From: Octopus sinensis
Lineage: Eukaryota
DNA length: 64,000 bases
Assembly (NCBI RefSeq): GCF_006345805.1
Contig: NC_042997.1
Coordinates: 62,186,001-62,250,000 of the forward strand
Reading direction: 5' to 3'
Shown here: piece after piece, positions 38,394 to 52,227 of the stretch
Layout of the letters: each line of letters begins with the position of its first letter
How positions within the stretch are numbered: the stretch's first letter is position 1
Notes under the pieces: generated by a model
Seen by the model: only the letters and a program-made list of their open reading frames with translations
Told to the model about the DNA's origin: nothing
The model's database searches: none
Program-made: the position numbers and the translations under genes

Positions 38394-38960
38394 TAGGGTT
38401 TATAAATCTCATATTTTCTATCCTTCCTTAATACCAGTTCCCATATGCTACTCATATCTGCACTCGGTCTGCTTAGGAGGTTGTAGTGTCCTAAGATATG
38501 TGCTGCTTCTTTTAGTTTATGTATTTTCCAGTGGTGTTCTATGTCTATTATTTTAACTTCCTCTCACAGGGGGAGGTGGTCTCCATTTTTCCATACACTA
38601 ACAGCTATACCTGATTTATCAATATCTCCTCGTGTCACAGCTTTGTGATGTTCGTCTACCCTTATTTTGAGGGGGCGGCATGTTCCGCTTTGTATAACCT
38701 CCCACAGCTGCATGGGATGGTGTACACGCAGTTTTTGATCATATTCTCTTCTATTGGTGGTTTTACTCGAAGGAGATATTTGCGAAGTGTTGTATTACTC
38801 TTGAATACTGTCCTGATGTCATATGGGCCGCATATTTTTTGTATCTTTTCGGAGAGGCCTTTCACGTAGGGTAGACAGACTGTGGACAGTTTATTGGCCT
38901 CATCCTCTCTCTTCTTCATAATTTGAGTGAATAGTATACTTTTGGGGTAATTGTTGCTTA
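38394..38960 (-). pseudogene. PLE RT-thumb/GIY-YIG endonuclease fragment
   Basis: LPYVKGLSEKI, VYTIPCSCGRLYK, (frameshift) TCRPLKIRVDEH, KSGIA, KLKEAAHI. Confidence 0.88.
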
Positions 38961-39006
38961 ACAGTCAAGATTCCGTGTTCGATTCCAAGCAGTGATCTGA
39001 ATAATA

Positions 39007-39039
<33 letters not shown>

Positions 39040-39085
39040 GAAGAAGAAGAAGAAGAAGAAGAAGAACAACAACAACAACAATAAT

Positions 39086-39247
39086 GTATACAATGGGCTT
39101 CTTTCAGTTTCCGTCTACCAAATCCACTCACAAGGCTTTGGTCGGCCCGAGGCAGTGGTGGAAGAAACTTGCCCGGGGTGCCGCGCAGTGGGACCGGGCC
39201 CGGAACCATGTGGTTCGTAAGCAGGCTACTTACCACACAGCCACTCC

Positions 39248-39248
<1 letters not shown>
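39086..39248 (-). mobile_element. SINE head fragment inserted in the (TAA)n of the inverted PLE repeat
   Basis: Matches 50030-50188. Confidence 0.8.
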
Positions 39249-39309
<61 letters not shown>

Positions 39310-39366
39310 TTAACAACATCGAAAAATACCTTAGGAATGAAAAACCATGTTCGAAATTTCCCCGAG

Positions 39367-39422
39367 ACACCTGATGAAGGCTGAAGGGTATATCAGAGGG
39401 TATATCAGCCGAAACATTGTGT
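39367..39422 (+). ncRNA. Minimal hammerhead ribozyme motif
   Basis: ACAC-CUGAUGA-A-GGCUGA...UCAGCC-GAAA-CAUU-GUGU; 4-bp stem I, 6-bp stem II; the twin at 38195-38220 (-) has the palindromic AACGUU. Confidence 0.7.
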
Positions 39423-40699
39423 TTACAACAAACAAGATGAGGACAAATATCCGTCAGACCTAAAAGATGAATGGCATTCTTGACGATTATTTAAACTCAA
39501 CCTTGCCTTAATTTAAAGACAAGCTGCCATTTACAGGTGACTAGTCTGAATTTTTTTCTATGGCTGACTCACTCTGACCTCACTATTTAACATGATAAAG
39601 AAAACTTCAACGGGTAGGTTAAGTAGAAAGACCTTCCCACCTGCTAAGAAAACTACCTGTGTTTTGTAGATTTTGCTGTTGTCTTTTTTTATTTTTATGG
39701 CAACTTCTGTATTATTTATAGACAAAATCCCAGCAAAGTTTGAAAAGGATTGCAATACAGTCATTGCTGCAATTGATGTTGTCTCACCAGTTATTGTTAA
39801 CATGAATTGTTAAAAGAGCTTATTGCTCTTTTCCGTTTCTTTTTCCTTTTTTTCTGAACAGGTTAGAAGAGTTATTGTACAGCTGCTACTACTGCCGTTA
39901 CCGATGATGAACAGTGTCGGCGACGAAGACGAAATTTTTTTTTCTCTGTTGTTATGGTTACTGGCGCCATATTAAATGTTTTATTAGCTGTTGTCATCGT
40001 TGTTGTTGCTGCCCCTCAAGTGATAGCTATTAGGGTTGTCATACAAATGAAATGCTGTTGCTATAGTTTTTTCCCGCCACTGTTGTTGCTAGTGATATCG
40101 CTGTTGCTGTGGCTGGTGCTACACACATTTCATAATATTGATGATAATGGTGATAATGATAATGATGATGATGATAATGATTATAATGATGATGAGTGCT
40201 CTTTTCTTATAGTTTTCCCAGAAGAGGTAGGGCGGTGCTCATTATCTTTTTGATTTCCGAAACTCGTGTGTGTATGTATGGGGGTGAGAAACTAGATGCC
40301 TGACCCAGGACTTGGTAAAGGCAATCAATGGCACGCTGGTAGTGTCAAAGTGAATGACTGATTAAACATACTACCTAGGGTGAGTCATAGACTTGGGTTG
40401 ACCCAAGGTTATTGTAGAAGTCACTCGCTTGAAGTAACACGCAGCGTACCATGAACTATGTGTTTGCGAAACAAACCTCTGACATTTACGGCCTTGCTTG
40501 TACTCTTATAGTACATCTGTTGAGGGGATAACAAATTTAGCTGCGGTTCTTCACTGTAGCTTACGAATATATTTTTATTTTTAGCTCTCTTACGTAAACG
40601 AATACTGTATCTTTTGGTATATTTGTTACCACATAGCCAGTAATAACGACAGATAAGGTTAAAAAAGAAAAACTAAGATAAAAGCAGGTAATTTTCCTG

Positions 40700-41640
40700 C
40701 GCTATTACAGTCTCGTTACATTTTAAAGTAATACCCACATATGTTTACTAAGCTTGTTCTGAAAGAGTCTAACTGAAAGTAATCGGAGAGTGCATAATGT
40801 CAAGTCGATATAATAGAACACAATCAGAATAAAAAGACACTGTAAGTGAAAAGTGTTAATCTGTCTCAATCTTGTAGTCACGTATTTTAACTTATTAGAA
40901 AGAGATGCCATAGATTTGCAGAGGGTTCGAAGTTAATGTCTCTGAGTTAGTCGTCCTATTCTTGTATATTTGGCTGTTTTACCTTTCTCTGTGGTATTCG
41001 GTTTATTATTTTTTTTTATGAATTCGACAGAACAGGAAAAGGAGTAAATAGAAACCATTTTTACAGGACTTTCGAGATTTTTAGTAAAAATATACGTAGA
41101 AACAACGAAAGTACGACTCATAGGATGCTGGTGTTTAACCTCAACTCATCCCTGATCAAGCACATCTATCAGCAAAGGCATTCTAGAGGTGAGGGTCTTG
41201 ATATTTATTTTAGGAACAGCGTATAGTGGAATACGTTATCCAATTTACTCTACCTTAACGCATCAATATATCAGGTTGTCCCCAAGTCGAAGACGTGATC
41301 CAATTGTTTGTAACAAGCTGGAATGTACAATGTGCACTCACAGTCGAGATGGTGGTATTAAGCGAGTGATAAAAAACAGTCTAGCACGCATAAATAAAGT
41401 ATACAGGTATGGTTTATGAAGTCTCAGCTTGCACAGTTTCATCGCTTAATATTTTAACTTTAACTTCACACGTTTAGTACTCCAGAACTCACCCCCTGTC
41501 TTATTCACATTTGTAAATAAAACCCTCATAAGTCTACTAAGCTTGTTCAGAAAGCGTCTAACTATCAGCAATCAGAAAATGCATGTTGCCAAGTCGATAT
41601 AATAGCAGATAATCAATAAAGATTACATACGATTCATGTC
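40700..41640 (-). mobile_element. Possible highly decayed PLE fragment
   Basis: VSIYSFSCS (GIY-like) fragment; roughly 100-bp degenerate direct repeat at 40725-40830 and 41520-41630. Confidence 0.35.
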
Positions 41641-43816
41641 CTATCGTCGGTACTCATTTGTCTTGTGAGTAGAGATAATACAAGTACATTAAGTCAATGT
41701 TGTAGAATAAAAAATTAACGAGTGCTTTGTCGGCTTGCAGTTCAGAGATCAGTTCTCAGATCGGTTTTTCCTGTAGAGGAAAAACATTACCTGTGTCAGA
41801 CTCGTGCTTTGCCATCTGGGAGCAGATATACCTCTCATTCCTTTAATGTTAGCGTTAATCAGTGATAAACACCAGTGTATAGATCAGAGTTATTGTGCAA
41901 GGCTTACCATATTAATAAGAAGCGTGATCAATTTCAAGGATCGGTGGGATGACGAGATGTTCATGTTGATTTAAGTGCGTCAAATAAAATAGTGAGAATA
42001 GTCAAATCCAAATTATTTTTCAGAAATGGATAATAGATTTGGCTTGTTCAGAAAAATATGAAATAAAGAACGTTCAATTGTGACTATCTTTTGGACTTGG
42101 TACTAAAGCTCTACATTTTAATGTAAAGGGAAGCTATATTGTGACATTGCTGCTGTTTTGTTATTTGTCTGTAAACTGAATCATTTGATCGGTTTAACAT
42201 CACAACTTGGGTCCTCGGAGTTAGCATTATTATAAGCAATCAGGCCGGGTTTCTTAATTTCTTGCTTTGCTTCAACCACTCTCAATATCATGGAAAGGAT
42301 GATAGATGCTACCCTTGTTTATCTGATTAAAAACATATTGTGAATTAAATTAGCTTGATGGAAAAGTCAAAACTAATTTGTGGGCTTAACTGGATCTTAT
42401 TTTTTTCTTTGTCCACAATCTAGAATGACATACTGGTTAATTTCTGCCTTTATACTAGAAATAAACTCTGGATGAATGAAGTGTATGATACATTCTATTT
42501 TTGTACATGCAAGTTTCACTCACACATATAACCATGATAACCATGAGAAAAGGATAAACGTCCAAATAACACGTTTTTCTCTCACTACACGCAACTGACC
42601 CATCATTGCAGTTTTGTCTTATCTTGAAATCTACATTTTGTCACGATTAAATAAAGAACGGATGTCATATTTACATAGAGTTTTATAGTTATTTGAAATA
42701 TATCAGAATATAAATATAGATTATTATTGCCTGAAAAGAGGTTTTCTTTGGTTGATTAATGAGGTTAATGAATAAATGACTCATCTACAAATTATCCTGG
42801 GCTACATCAACCGAATCACCAGCATTCATTGTATTTGTATACCATGATAATTACTCCGAAAGAAATTTAGTGGGTTGACTAACTAAAAGGATATTCCAAT
42901 GATTGGAATGTAATACGAGAAAACAGCCTCGCTATACTCACCAGGGTTGTATGTGTGACTGTTGTAATTATGCTTGTAATATGATTAAAAAAATCACATG
43001 CCTCTGATTTTATAAATGTAGCTCTTGTGATTATTCCTTCCTTCTTTCCTTCCTTCCTTCCTTCCTTCCTTCCTTCCGTCATTCATTCATTCATTCATTC
43101 ATTCATTCATTCAGTCATTCATTTATTCAGCTGTTCAAACAGTTGATGTTTACGTTTCAGCTAGATTTCTTGTTCTATATGCTGTATTAGCTTGAGGATT
43201 AGGTAAATATAGCCGTAAGAATGTAATGGTTTTGTGAGAGAAGATATGATGCGTTAGACCTGTTACATCACCAAATCCTGCGTTGTCGGATCAATCTGCA
43301 CCATATTTCTGACAACATATTTTAAACTTTTTTGTTTTTTACTTGTTTCAGTCATTGGACTGTAGCCATGCTGGGGCACAACCTTGAAGGATGTTGTCGA
43401 AAAAATCTACCCCAGTACATTTTGCTTCAGTTTAGTACTTATTCTACCGGTATCTTTTGTCGAATCACTAAGTTACGGGACGTAAACAAACCAGCATCGG
43501 TTATCAAGCGATTAAAATAAAAATATTATTTTTATTCTTTCACTTTATTTCATGTCTTAAAGTTCTGTCACCTTTTTAATCCATTATAACCGTGTTTTTT
43601 ACATTTGCAAACTTCTTTCTTCCTATTTATTTGTTTTCTATTTATTTTCTATTTATTTATGTTTACTAATCATAATAGTTTGTATATGTATAACGTATAT
43701 TCAAAACCTACCAATCAAATAAAATCTCTAAACATAGCCTGTAACTTTAACATGCTAACACTATACATTTCCCTCAAAAGATAAAATGATCACATTAGTC
43801 GAGTTAGCTCTTTTTG

Positions 43817-43934
43817 AACCCTGACGAAGTCCTACCATAAAATAGTATAAATGTGGCAACTTCCTTGGTATTAGACAACATGCTTGGAGATTCCCATCAT
43901 CTAAAGTGGCCCGACAGAAACATATATGTAGGTT
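43817..43934 (+). ncRNA. Hammerhead ribozyme motif with a long stem-II insert
   Basis: AACC-CUGACGA-AGUC..(about 80 nt)..GACA-GAAA-CAUAUAUG-UA-GGUU; ACAUAUAUGU palindrome; GUA triplet; one mismatch closing stem II. Confidence 0.6.
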
Positions 43935-44233
43935 ACGTCTTTCTTAACTTTTTAGAGCTTTCAACTTCCTATCACTTTATTTATTTATTTGTAGTGTTTT
44001 TTTTCTTCCAAAAATGTCATCTTTCTGCAACATGCAAAGAAATCAGTAATTACATCCATTTATTCTCCATTTTCTTCTTGTTTTTCCTTCAATATTAAAA
44101 ATTTCAATAATCCTAAACATATACCAATGATTTTACCATTATATGATACGGATTGAACCAGTGGAATACCTCCGATTATATAATCCCTAATGAAGACTTA
44201 ACTTCCTCGAATTAACTATATATATATATATGC

Positions 44234-44265
<32 letters not shown>

Positions 44266-45455
44266 GAGTATGTATATGTTTGTGTGTGTGTATTTGTGCC
44301 CCACCATCGTTTGATAACCGATGCTGGTGTGTTTACGTCCTCCCTAACATTGCGCTTCGGCAAAACAACCGATAGAATAAGTACTAGGGGTCGATTTTTT
44401 TCGACTAAAGGCGGTGCTCCAGCATGACCGCAGTTAAATGACTGACAAAATAAAAGAAAGAAAAGAAAAAGAATATATATATGTATATACGTCGGGATTC
44501 CACACAGTTTCCATCGACTAAATTCACTTATACGGCATTGGTCGGCCGGGAGTACAGCAGAAGGCACTTTCCCAAAATACCGTACAGTGGGACTGAACTC
44601 AAACCTATGTAGCCGTTAATTTCTTTCGATTTTATTGTCTTCTTTTACTTTGTTTCTAATATCAAACCGTGAAAGCCAGTATAAGTTGTTGGTGATACAT
44701 ACGACGGATTCTTCACAGTTTCCGAAACCCAAATTCCACACAAGGTATTGATCAACTCGGGTCTATGATATAAAGCACTCGCCAGTTGCCTGAGATACCG
44801 CATAATGGGATGTCTGGGATAAATTGACCACATCGACCCCAGTCCTCAATTGGCACTAATTTAATCGATCCCGAAGGGATGAAAGACAAAGTCGACCGCG
44901 ACGGAATTTGAACTCAGAACGTAAAGACGGACGAAATGCTGCTAAACATTTTGCCCGGCGTGCTAATGGTTGTGCCAGCTCGCCACTTTACACAATATTA
45001 GAAATTTTAAGAATATAATAAATTAAAATATTTCATTGCTTTGCCCATATTTTCTTGTCATTTTGCACTTCAACAACAGTTGTTACTCAAATGTAGCTAA
45101 GTATGCAGAAGTATATTTCAGTTCTTGGGGATCTGAAACAAATCCATTTGTGACACTTGTCCCCCTGGATAGGACGCCAGTCTATGTTACGATGTTTCTT
45201 TTTACCTTCATTTATAAAAAACAGTCAATTCTAAACCCCAAATCTAGCGAATCATTTTCCAAGTGGTCAGTGCACTGCACTGCTTATAGCGTGAGAGTTG
45301 TACGAAGAAACAATAGAAATAGCAGTCAATCTCTTTCAAAATCACATTTTAATGAAAGAACACATTAAATAATGCAACTTTACATGATAGCTTGTTCACG
45401 AGTGGAATCTCTTTGCCCATGGATCTACTTGATCAGTGATGACCTTGGCCTAAGC

Positions 45456-45487
<32 letters not shown>

Positions 45488-45710
45488 CAACGTCGAAATG
45501 TATATCCTCGCCTTATCTATTTAGATCTAAGTGGATTAGGTAACTGTACGTTAAGTCTATCATTATGTAATTCCTGTCACAACTGTAACCAACCCTTTAT
45601 TCGTATTTCACCTTGTTTGTAAAATAAGCTGTAAAATAGATTAGGGGATAAGATATGCATTTCTCGTATGAATATCAATAAATTTCTATGATATCTCCAG
45701 TAATATTAGT

Positions 45711-46230
45711 GAAGGCGCATGGGTCAATGGTTAGAGCGTCGGGCTCACAATCATGAGGTAGCGAGTTCCATTCGCTACAGACCGGCTGTGTATTGTGTTC
45801 TTGTTCTTTATTTCACGTTGCTCCAGTTCACTCAGCTGTAGAAATGTGTAGCGACATCAAGATGCATCGGCTTTGCCTTTCCCTTGAACACTGTAGAGAG
45901 GGGAGGCTGGTATGCATGGACGACTGCTGGTTTTCTATAAACAACCTTGTCCAGATGTGCCTCGGAAGGTAACTTTCTAGGTGCAATGTATAACGGCGGC
46001 GCATTGTGTCCTTCAGCAAAACACTTTGTTTGACGTTGCTGTAGTTCACTCAGCTGGCAAAAATAAGTAGCACCTGTATTTGAAAAGGCCAGCCATGTCA
46101 CACTCTATGTCTCGCTGAATTTCCCTGAGAACTACGTTATGGGTACGCCTGACTGTGAATGGTTCAACCATTTGCACGTTAATTTCACGAGCAGGCTGAA
46201 CCCTTGTCGTCGTAAGTGACAGATTGCCAA
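45711..46230 (+). mobile_element. Two adjacent SINEs with different tails
   Basis: 45711-45990 matches the 13882 family; 45995-46230 matches the 14724 family. Confidence 0.7.
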
Positions 46231-46699
46231 TATATATGAAATACAGGCACAACATCGATTTTCCGAAAGCTTTGGTTCCAAATGAAATAGAGGTACGTGG
46301 ACATTGGTGTAAATTAGAATGGATCATAAGAGGTTCCGGACAATCAGCGTCCGGAAACTTGGTGTTGCACAAGTATATAAAAGTGGCGAGCTAGCAGAAT
46401 CATTAGCACGTTGGGCAAGAAGCTTAACGACATATCGTCCAGCAGTTTTACGCTCTAAGTTCAAATACCCACGAAGTCAACATTACTTTTCATCCTTTCC
46501 AGGTTGATAAAATAAATACCAGCTAAGTACTTATTATAATCGATTTGCTCCCTATTCTCAAAATTGCTGGCTTTGAACCAAAAAAAAAAGAAAGAGAATT
46601 ACAATGAATTATATTAAGCATCGTTTTATCCCAATATAAGTAATGGTAGCGATGGGTGAAGGGACAACTCCGGTTACTAAAAGTATTCTTTTCTATTCT

Positions 46700-46912
46700 A
46701 GACACAAGGGCTGCAGTTTTGGGGGAGAGAGCCAGTCGATCAGATCGACCCCTGTGCGTAACTGGTACTTAATTTATTGACCCAGAAAGGATGAAAGGCA
46801 AAGTCGACCTCGGCGGAATTTGAACTCAGAATGTGAAGACAGACGAAATGCCTATTTCTTTACTACCCACAAGGGGCTAAACACAGAGTGGACAAACAAG
46901 GACAGACAAACG
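46700..46912 (-). mobile_element. Headless SINE unit, tail joined to core
   Basis: tttagccccttgtgggtagtaaagaaatag|gcatttcgtc junction, equivalent to the junction at 3541-3555. Confidence 0.75.
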
Positions 46913-47362
46913 GATTATATATATAAGCTCGTTTTTCCAGCGAGCACCACTTCACTTCGTCTTGGCTTAACAGCCCTCACCGTTTATTTTTACTGTTTTG
47001 TTCTTTCTGTCCTGTTTTTGTTACCATTTTAACCCTCCGCAAAAAAATCCCAAATTTTATTTAATTTGCTTTGCGGGAAGGAATGTATAAACGAAGTCGC
47101 GGAGTAGATAAAACAGGGACAACTGATGAAGGGAATGAACTTAACGTTGCCTGTCTCGTTTCTCTATTTGTTTTTTTTCGTTGTTCGAAAAAAGTTCATT
47201 TTCTATGTTCTTGTTTTTTAAATTCTCGTTTCTCATTTTGTTCACGTTTTTTTTATGTCCTGTACATATATGTATGTAGGTATGTACATATATGTATGTA
47301 TATATTTATATATTATTTATATAATTATATGATCGAATGCCACGCATCCATTTCCAAGTAAG

Positions 47363-47393
<31 letters not shown>

Positions 47394-47457
47394 AGCTCAA
47401 ATTAAAGGTTACCTACCTCAACAGAAGATTAAAAATCCAGTGAATGTACTTGTAGAG

Positions 47458-47590
47458 ATACTAGCAGAGATACCCGGCCTTGCTCGGGATTAAAATTGCA
47501 TAGTTCTTTTATTGTTTTACTTGATTCAGTCATGTGACTGCGGCCATACTGGAGCACCGCCGTTGGTCTAACAAATCAACCACAGGATTT
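47458..47590 (-). repeat. 133-bp direct repeat of 50331-50463: Helitron 3' end plus SINE fragment
   Basis: Identical by eye; minus strand ends in a cccgagcaaggccggg hairpin followed by CTAG|T. Confidence 0.85.
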
Positions 47591-48456
47591 TAACAGTTGA
47601 ATACTTATATTTGATATTCCACAATAAGTTAATTAGATTAACCGAGGTCTACGATTATTTAAGAAAAATAAGGAAATAGGGATAGATAAATTAATAATTA
47701 TTTATTAAAGCCAATGCTTTTTGTCCGGTGTTCTAATGATTCTGTCAGCTAGCCGACATCGAGAGCGTATTAAATAATATAGTCTCATACACCCAGCAAA
47801 AATACAGGATGGTTGCGACTAGCAAACCTTTAACCTTGGATATGTTTTATCAAAGCTGATCCGTGATTAAACAACCACAACGCGAATAACAACAATTGGG
47901 AGTAACTTATTTTGTGATATGTGTGTATTATGGCTTTCTGAAGGCTTCGGAGTGGAAATAATATTTTCATAAATGATAAATATATTTTCTTCTCTTTCAA
48001 AATCGCCTTTATATATTTTATATTGTATACGTTTAATTCTTTTAGATTTTCATACAAAGCAAAAAGAAAATGAGGCGCCAATCTCAAACACGTTTCGAAA
48101 TAAGGACCCATTTGAAATAAATAAATAAATAGATAAATAAATGAATGAATAAAACACCACCCCCACTAACTGTAGAACAATGAAATAGTTGTTTAAAAAT
48201 TTCTTTTGGATAAAATTTTATGTACCTTTGTATATTTTTTTATGCAAGTTATAATATATATATATGTGTGTATGTGCGCGCGCGTCTGATTTTATATTGT
48301 GCGTACGCATTCAACAAAATGCATAAGCTTTTGGATTCAAAATTAAGCTTAGTCATTAGTTTTGCAGAAGTTTTGATATTTGTGTGGGCAGCTGTGAGAA
48401 TACATATATACATACATACACACATACATACATACATACATACATACATACATACA

Positions 48457-48490
<34 letters not shown>

Positions 48491-48607
48491 CAAGTATAAA
48501 TGTATGCATACACGCACACACATATATATTATAGATGTATATATATTATATATATATAGGTATGTGCGTATCTATATGCATATATTATATGACAATAATA
48601 CACATAC

Positions 48608-48660
<53 letters not shown>

Positions 48661-48662
48661 TA

Positions 48663-49770
48663 TACAGAGTCTCCTCAAAAAATGGATACGCACTTCTGCA
48701 TGACATAACCCACATCTTTTTTTTTCTTTTCAGATTTCATCCATCAGAATTAATAATGGCATCAAAACTTAGCTTTAAACAAAGGAAGTTCATTTTAAAA
48801 TGCTACTGGAAGTTTGAAAACGCAGTTCAAGTCGAAAGGCAGAAGAAGGAAGTTTCAATCAAATCCGGCTAAGCGGACAACTATCTTTCGAATCAAGAAT
48901 AAATTTGAATCTGGTGGAACTGTACAGAATTTACACAGGAAGCATTCAGGAACACCAGCGACATCAATTAGCTCCAGAAAGTTACCGGAAATTTTTTACA
49001 GAAGTCCAAGAAAATCTTTGTACGAGCCGTCATGTAGGGATTTCGAAAAGGTCTGTCCATCACATTTTGAAGCGCTGCAATTGGAGAAGTTATATCCCAA
49101 CATTAGTCCATGCTATCAATGAAGATGATCCAGACAGGGGATTGAAGTATTGCGAATGGTAATTGTCAAAATGCTTAGAAGATCCACGCTTTCCAACAAA
49201 ATTTGTGTAGAGTGATGAGGCTACATTTAAATTAAATGCTCAAATTGCCTGAAAATCCGTATGTTACGGTAGAACGTGGAGTTAATTTACCAGAAGTTAC
49301 AGTGTGGTGTGGGCACAACATCAAGAAGATTAAATGGACCATTTTTATTTTATGCTACTGTGACTAGCCCCGTTCACTTGAACATGCTGCAACAGTCTGT
49401 CTTGCTAAGCATTGGAAAAGTCTTTGAAGATGAGGATTTTTATCTTCAGCAAGATGGAGCATCACCACACTACCATCATGATGTACGATCCTACCTTAAG
49501 CAGATCTTGCCAAACAGGTAAATTGGAAGAAATTTTGTAGAATGTCCTCTTCGTTCACAAGACTTCACTCCTTTAGACGTTTTCTTATGGTGATACTTAA
49601 GAGATAAAAGTGTACGCTATAAAACCAGCAACAGTTGCTGGACTGTGAGTTGCCATTGTATGAGGATGCACTTAAATACAAATGAAATGTTACTTGCTGT
49701 TTCCGATTCCATTGCTTTGCGTTGTCAACACTGTCTGGACCAGAATGGACATCAGTTCGAAAACTGGCCA
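48663..49770 (+). mobile_element. Decayed Tc1/mariner element, rosa/DD41D-like
   Basis: [48 protein letters not shown]; 40 residues between the second and third Asp in this copy; many stops. Confidence 0.8.
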
Positions 49771-49777
49771 TTATATA

Positions 49778-50188
49778 CTCTTTTACTCTTTTACTCTTTT
49801 ACTTGTTTCAGTCATTTGACTGCGGCCATGCTGGAGCACCGCCTTTAGTCGAGCAACTAGACCCCGGGACTTATTCTTTGTAAGCCCAGTACATATTCTA
49901 TCGGTCTCTTTTTTGCCGAACCGCTAAGTGACGGGGACGTAAACACACCAGCATCGGTTGTCAAGCGATGCTAGGGGGACAAACACAGACACACAAACAC
50001 ACACATATATATATACATATATACGACAAGCTTCTTTCAGTTTCCGTCTACCAAATCCACTCACAAGGCATTGGTCGGCCCGGAGCTATAGCAGAAGACA
50101 CTTACCCAAGATGCCACGCAGTGGGACTGAACCCGGAACCATGTGGTTGGTTAGCAAGCTACTTACCACACAGCCACTCCTGCGCCTA
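49778..50188 (-). mobile_element. Full-length bipartite tRNA-derived SINE
   Basis: A box TGGCTGTGTGG, B-box-like GGTTCAGTCC, internal (TG/TA)n, tail ending in (GTAAAAGA)n. Confidence 0.85.
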
Positions 50189-50571
50189 TATAATCTATAA
50201 AAAATGCATTTCAATAAATTTTGCCTTTACATGCATTATTTAAACTATGTACACAGTTTGGGGGTTTAAGTGCAATTAAATAATGCTTGTAGATCATGTT
50301 ATTTTCTGGAAAGGACGTGCATGTTAATAAATACTAGCAGAGATACCCGGCCTTGCTCGGGATTAAAATTGCATAGTTCTTTTATTGTTTTACTTGATTC
50401 AGTCATGTGACTGCGGCCATACTGGAGCACCGCCGTTGGTCTAACAAATCAACCACAGGATTTATTCTTTGTAAGCCCAGTACTTATTCTATCAGTGTCT
50501 TTTGCTGAACCGCTAAGTTATGGGAACGTAAACACGGCAATATCGAATGTCAAGCAATGGTTGGGGTATAA

Positions 50572-50608
<37 letters not shown>

Positions 50609-51078
50609 ACACACACACACACACAGAGACACACACACACAATTATATGCACATATATACGACAGTCTTCTTTCAGTTTCCGTGTACGAGAGATTTTTCT
50701 ACAAGTGGCTAGCACGCATGAAATAGTCAATAGACAACATATTTTTCGTATAAAATTAGTGCACATTCATACACAAAAGAGGTGACCCTAACAGGACACC
50801 TTACATGCTGGAAGGAACAGTCAAAGTCCAAACCACGGTTAAGAGCAATTTCGAAGGGGATGAAAAATGAAAAATATTTTCAATAGTTACCACTTCTACC
50901 TAGGTTTCGAACATTAATGAACAAATAAAATAATTTGTTGTGCGTGTTCTCACCAGCAAGGGCGTTAAAAATTAACATATAATTATTGGACAAATTACAC
51001 GTCCCATCCTTATACATTATAATTTTTCAAATCCACCTCGCAAGCACAGTTATATATATATCCATACACACACACACA

Positions 51079-51118
<40 letters not shown>

Positions 51119-51336
51119 CATATACGTATATATTCATATATACATACATACATATACATATATATATACATATATATACACACACATATATATATATATA
51201 TACATATATATAAATATAAACATACACAGACACATATATACATATATATATGTATACGTATATATGTATATATACACACGTATATATGCATACACACGTA
51301 AATATGCATACACACACGTATATATATATAATATAT

Positions 51337-51369
<33 letters not shown>

Positions 51370-51702
51370 GTATACGTATATATGTATATATACACATAAA
51401 TATGCATACATAAATATATATATACATACTTATAAGAACATAATTTTATAACTTTGTTAAGCCTAAAGGTAATTTCGTTAAACCGAAGAGCAAAAATAAA
51501 AAATAGGACTGCAGCTATAAGTGCTCAGGTGACATCGAGGCGAGAGGTATAATTGAAAGGTATAATGAATAAACACTCTGTTCAATCAAAACTAAAAAAA
51601 TATGCAATGGAGCTAAAATAATATAAATATAAATATATAAAAATACAGGAGTATGAATATAAAAAAATGAAGTGTAAGGAAACAAGAACATAGACCATTC
51701 AA

Positions 51703-51990
51703 GTCTATCACTACGAGCGTGAGGTTGTGAGTTCGAATCACGAACAGGGCTGCATGTTGTATTCTTGAGCAAGACACTTTATTTCACGTTACTCCAGTTC
51801 CCTCAGCTGTAGAAATGAGTTGCGACGTCACTGATGTCAAGCTTTTGCCTTTCCCTTGGATGACATTGGTGGCGTGGAGAGGGGAGGCTGGTATGTACGG
51901 TCTTTCATAAACAACCTTGCCCGGACTTGTGCCTCGGAGAGTAACTTTCTAGGTGCAATCCCATGGCCAGTCGCAACCGAAGGCGGTCTC
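51703..51990 (+). mobile_element. tRNA-derived SINE (ggtgcaatcccatgg tail)
   Basis: B box GAGTTCGAATC, shared central domain and tail. Confidence 0.75.
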
Positions 51991-51998
51991 CGCATATC

Positions 51999-52091
<93 letters not shown>

Positions 52092-52140
52092 TGAATTGAA
52101 GAAATGGAGCTGAACGCAGATTGAACAGAAATCGTTTTAT

Positions 52141-52227
52141 TTCATTCTACACGTGTTTCGAAAGGCACAAATTACCAAAATCCGATTGAATAATGGGACC
52201 ATATTGTGTCTTTCTCTTCAGGAAGAA
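52141..52227 (-). ncRNA. Mirror copy of the hammerhead ribozyme
   Basis: Reverse complement of 52492-52578. Confidence 0.8.

Larger units (their letters stand above)
38040..39457 (-). mobile_element. 5'-truncated Penelope-like element with an inverted 5' terminal repeat
   Basis: GIY-YIG C-terminus on the minus strand; about 38165-38335 is inverted at 38968-39457, where it is interrupted by a SINE; left boundary approximate. Confidence 0.85.

Noticed and set aside
47117-47155. CTGATGAAGG followed by AACGTT
   Set aside because: Stem II and GAAA are missing; a core cannot be drawn
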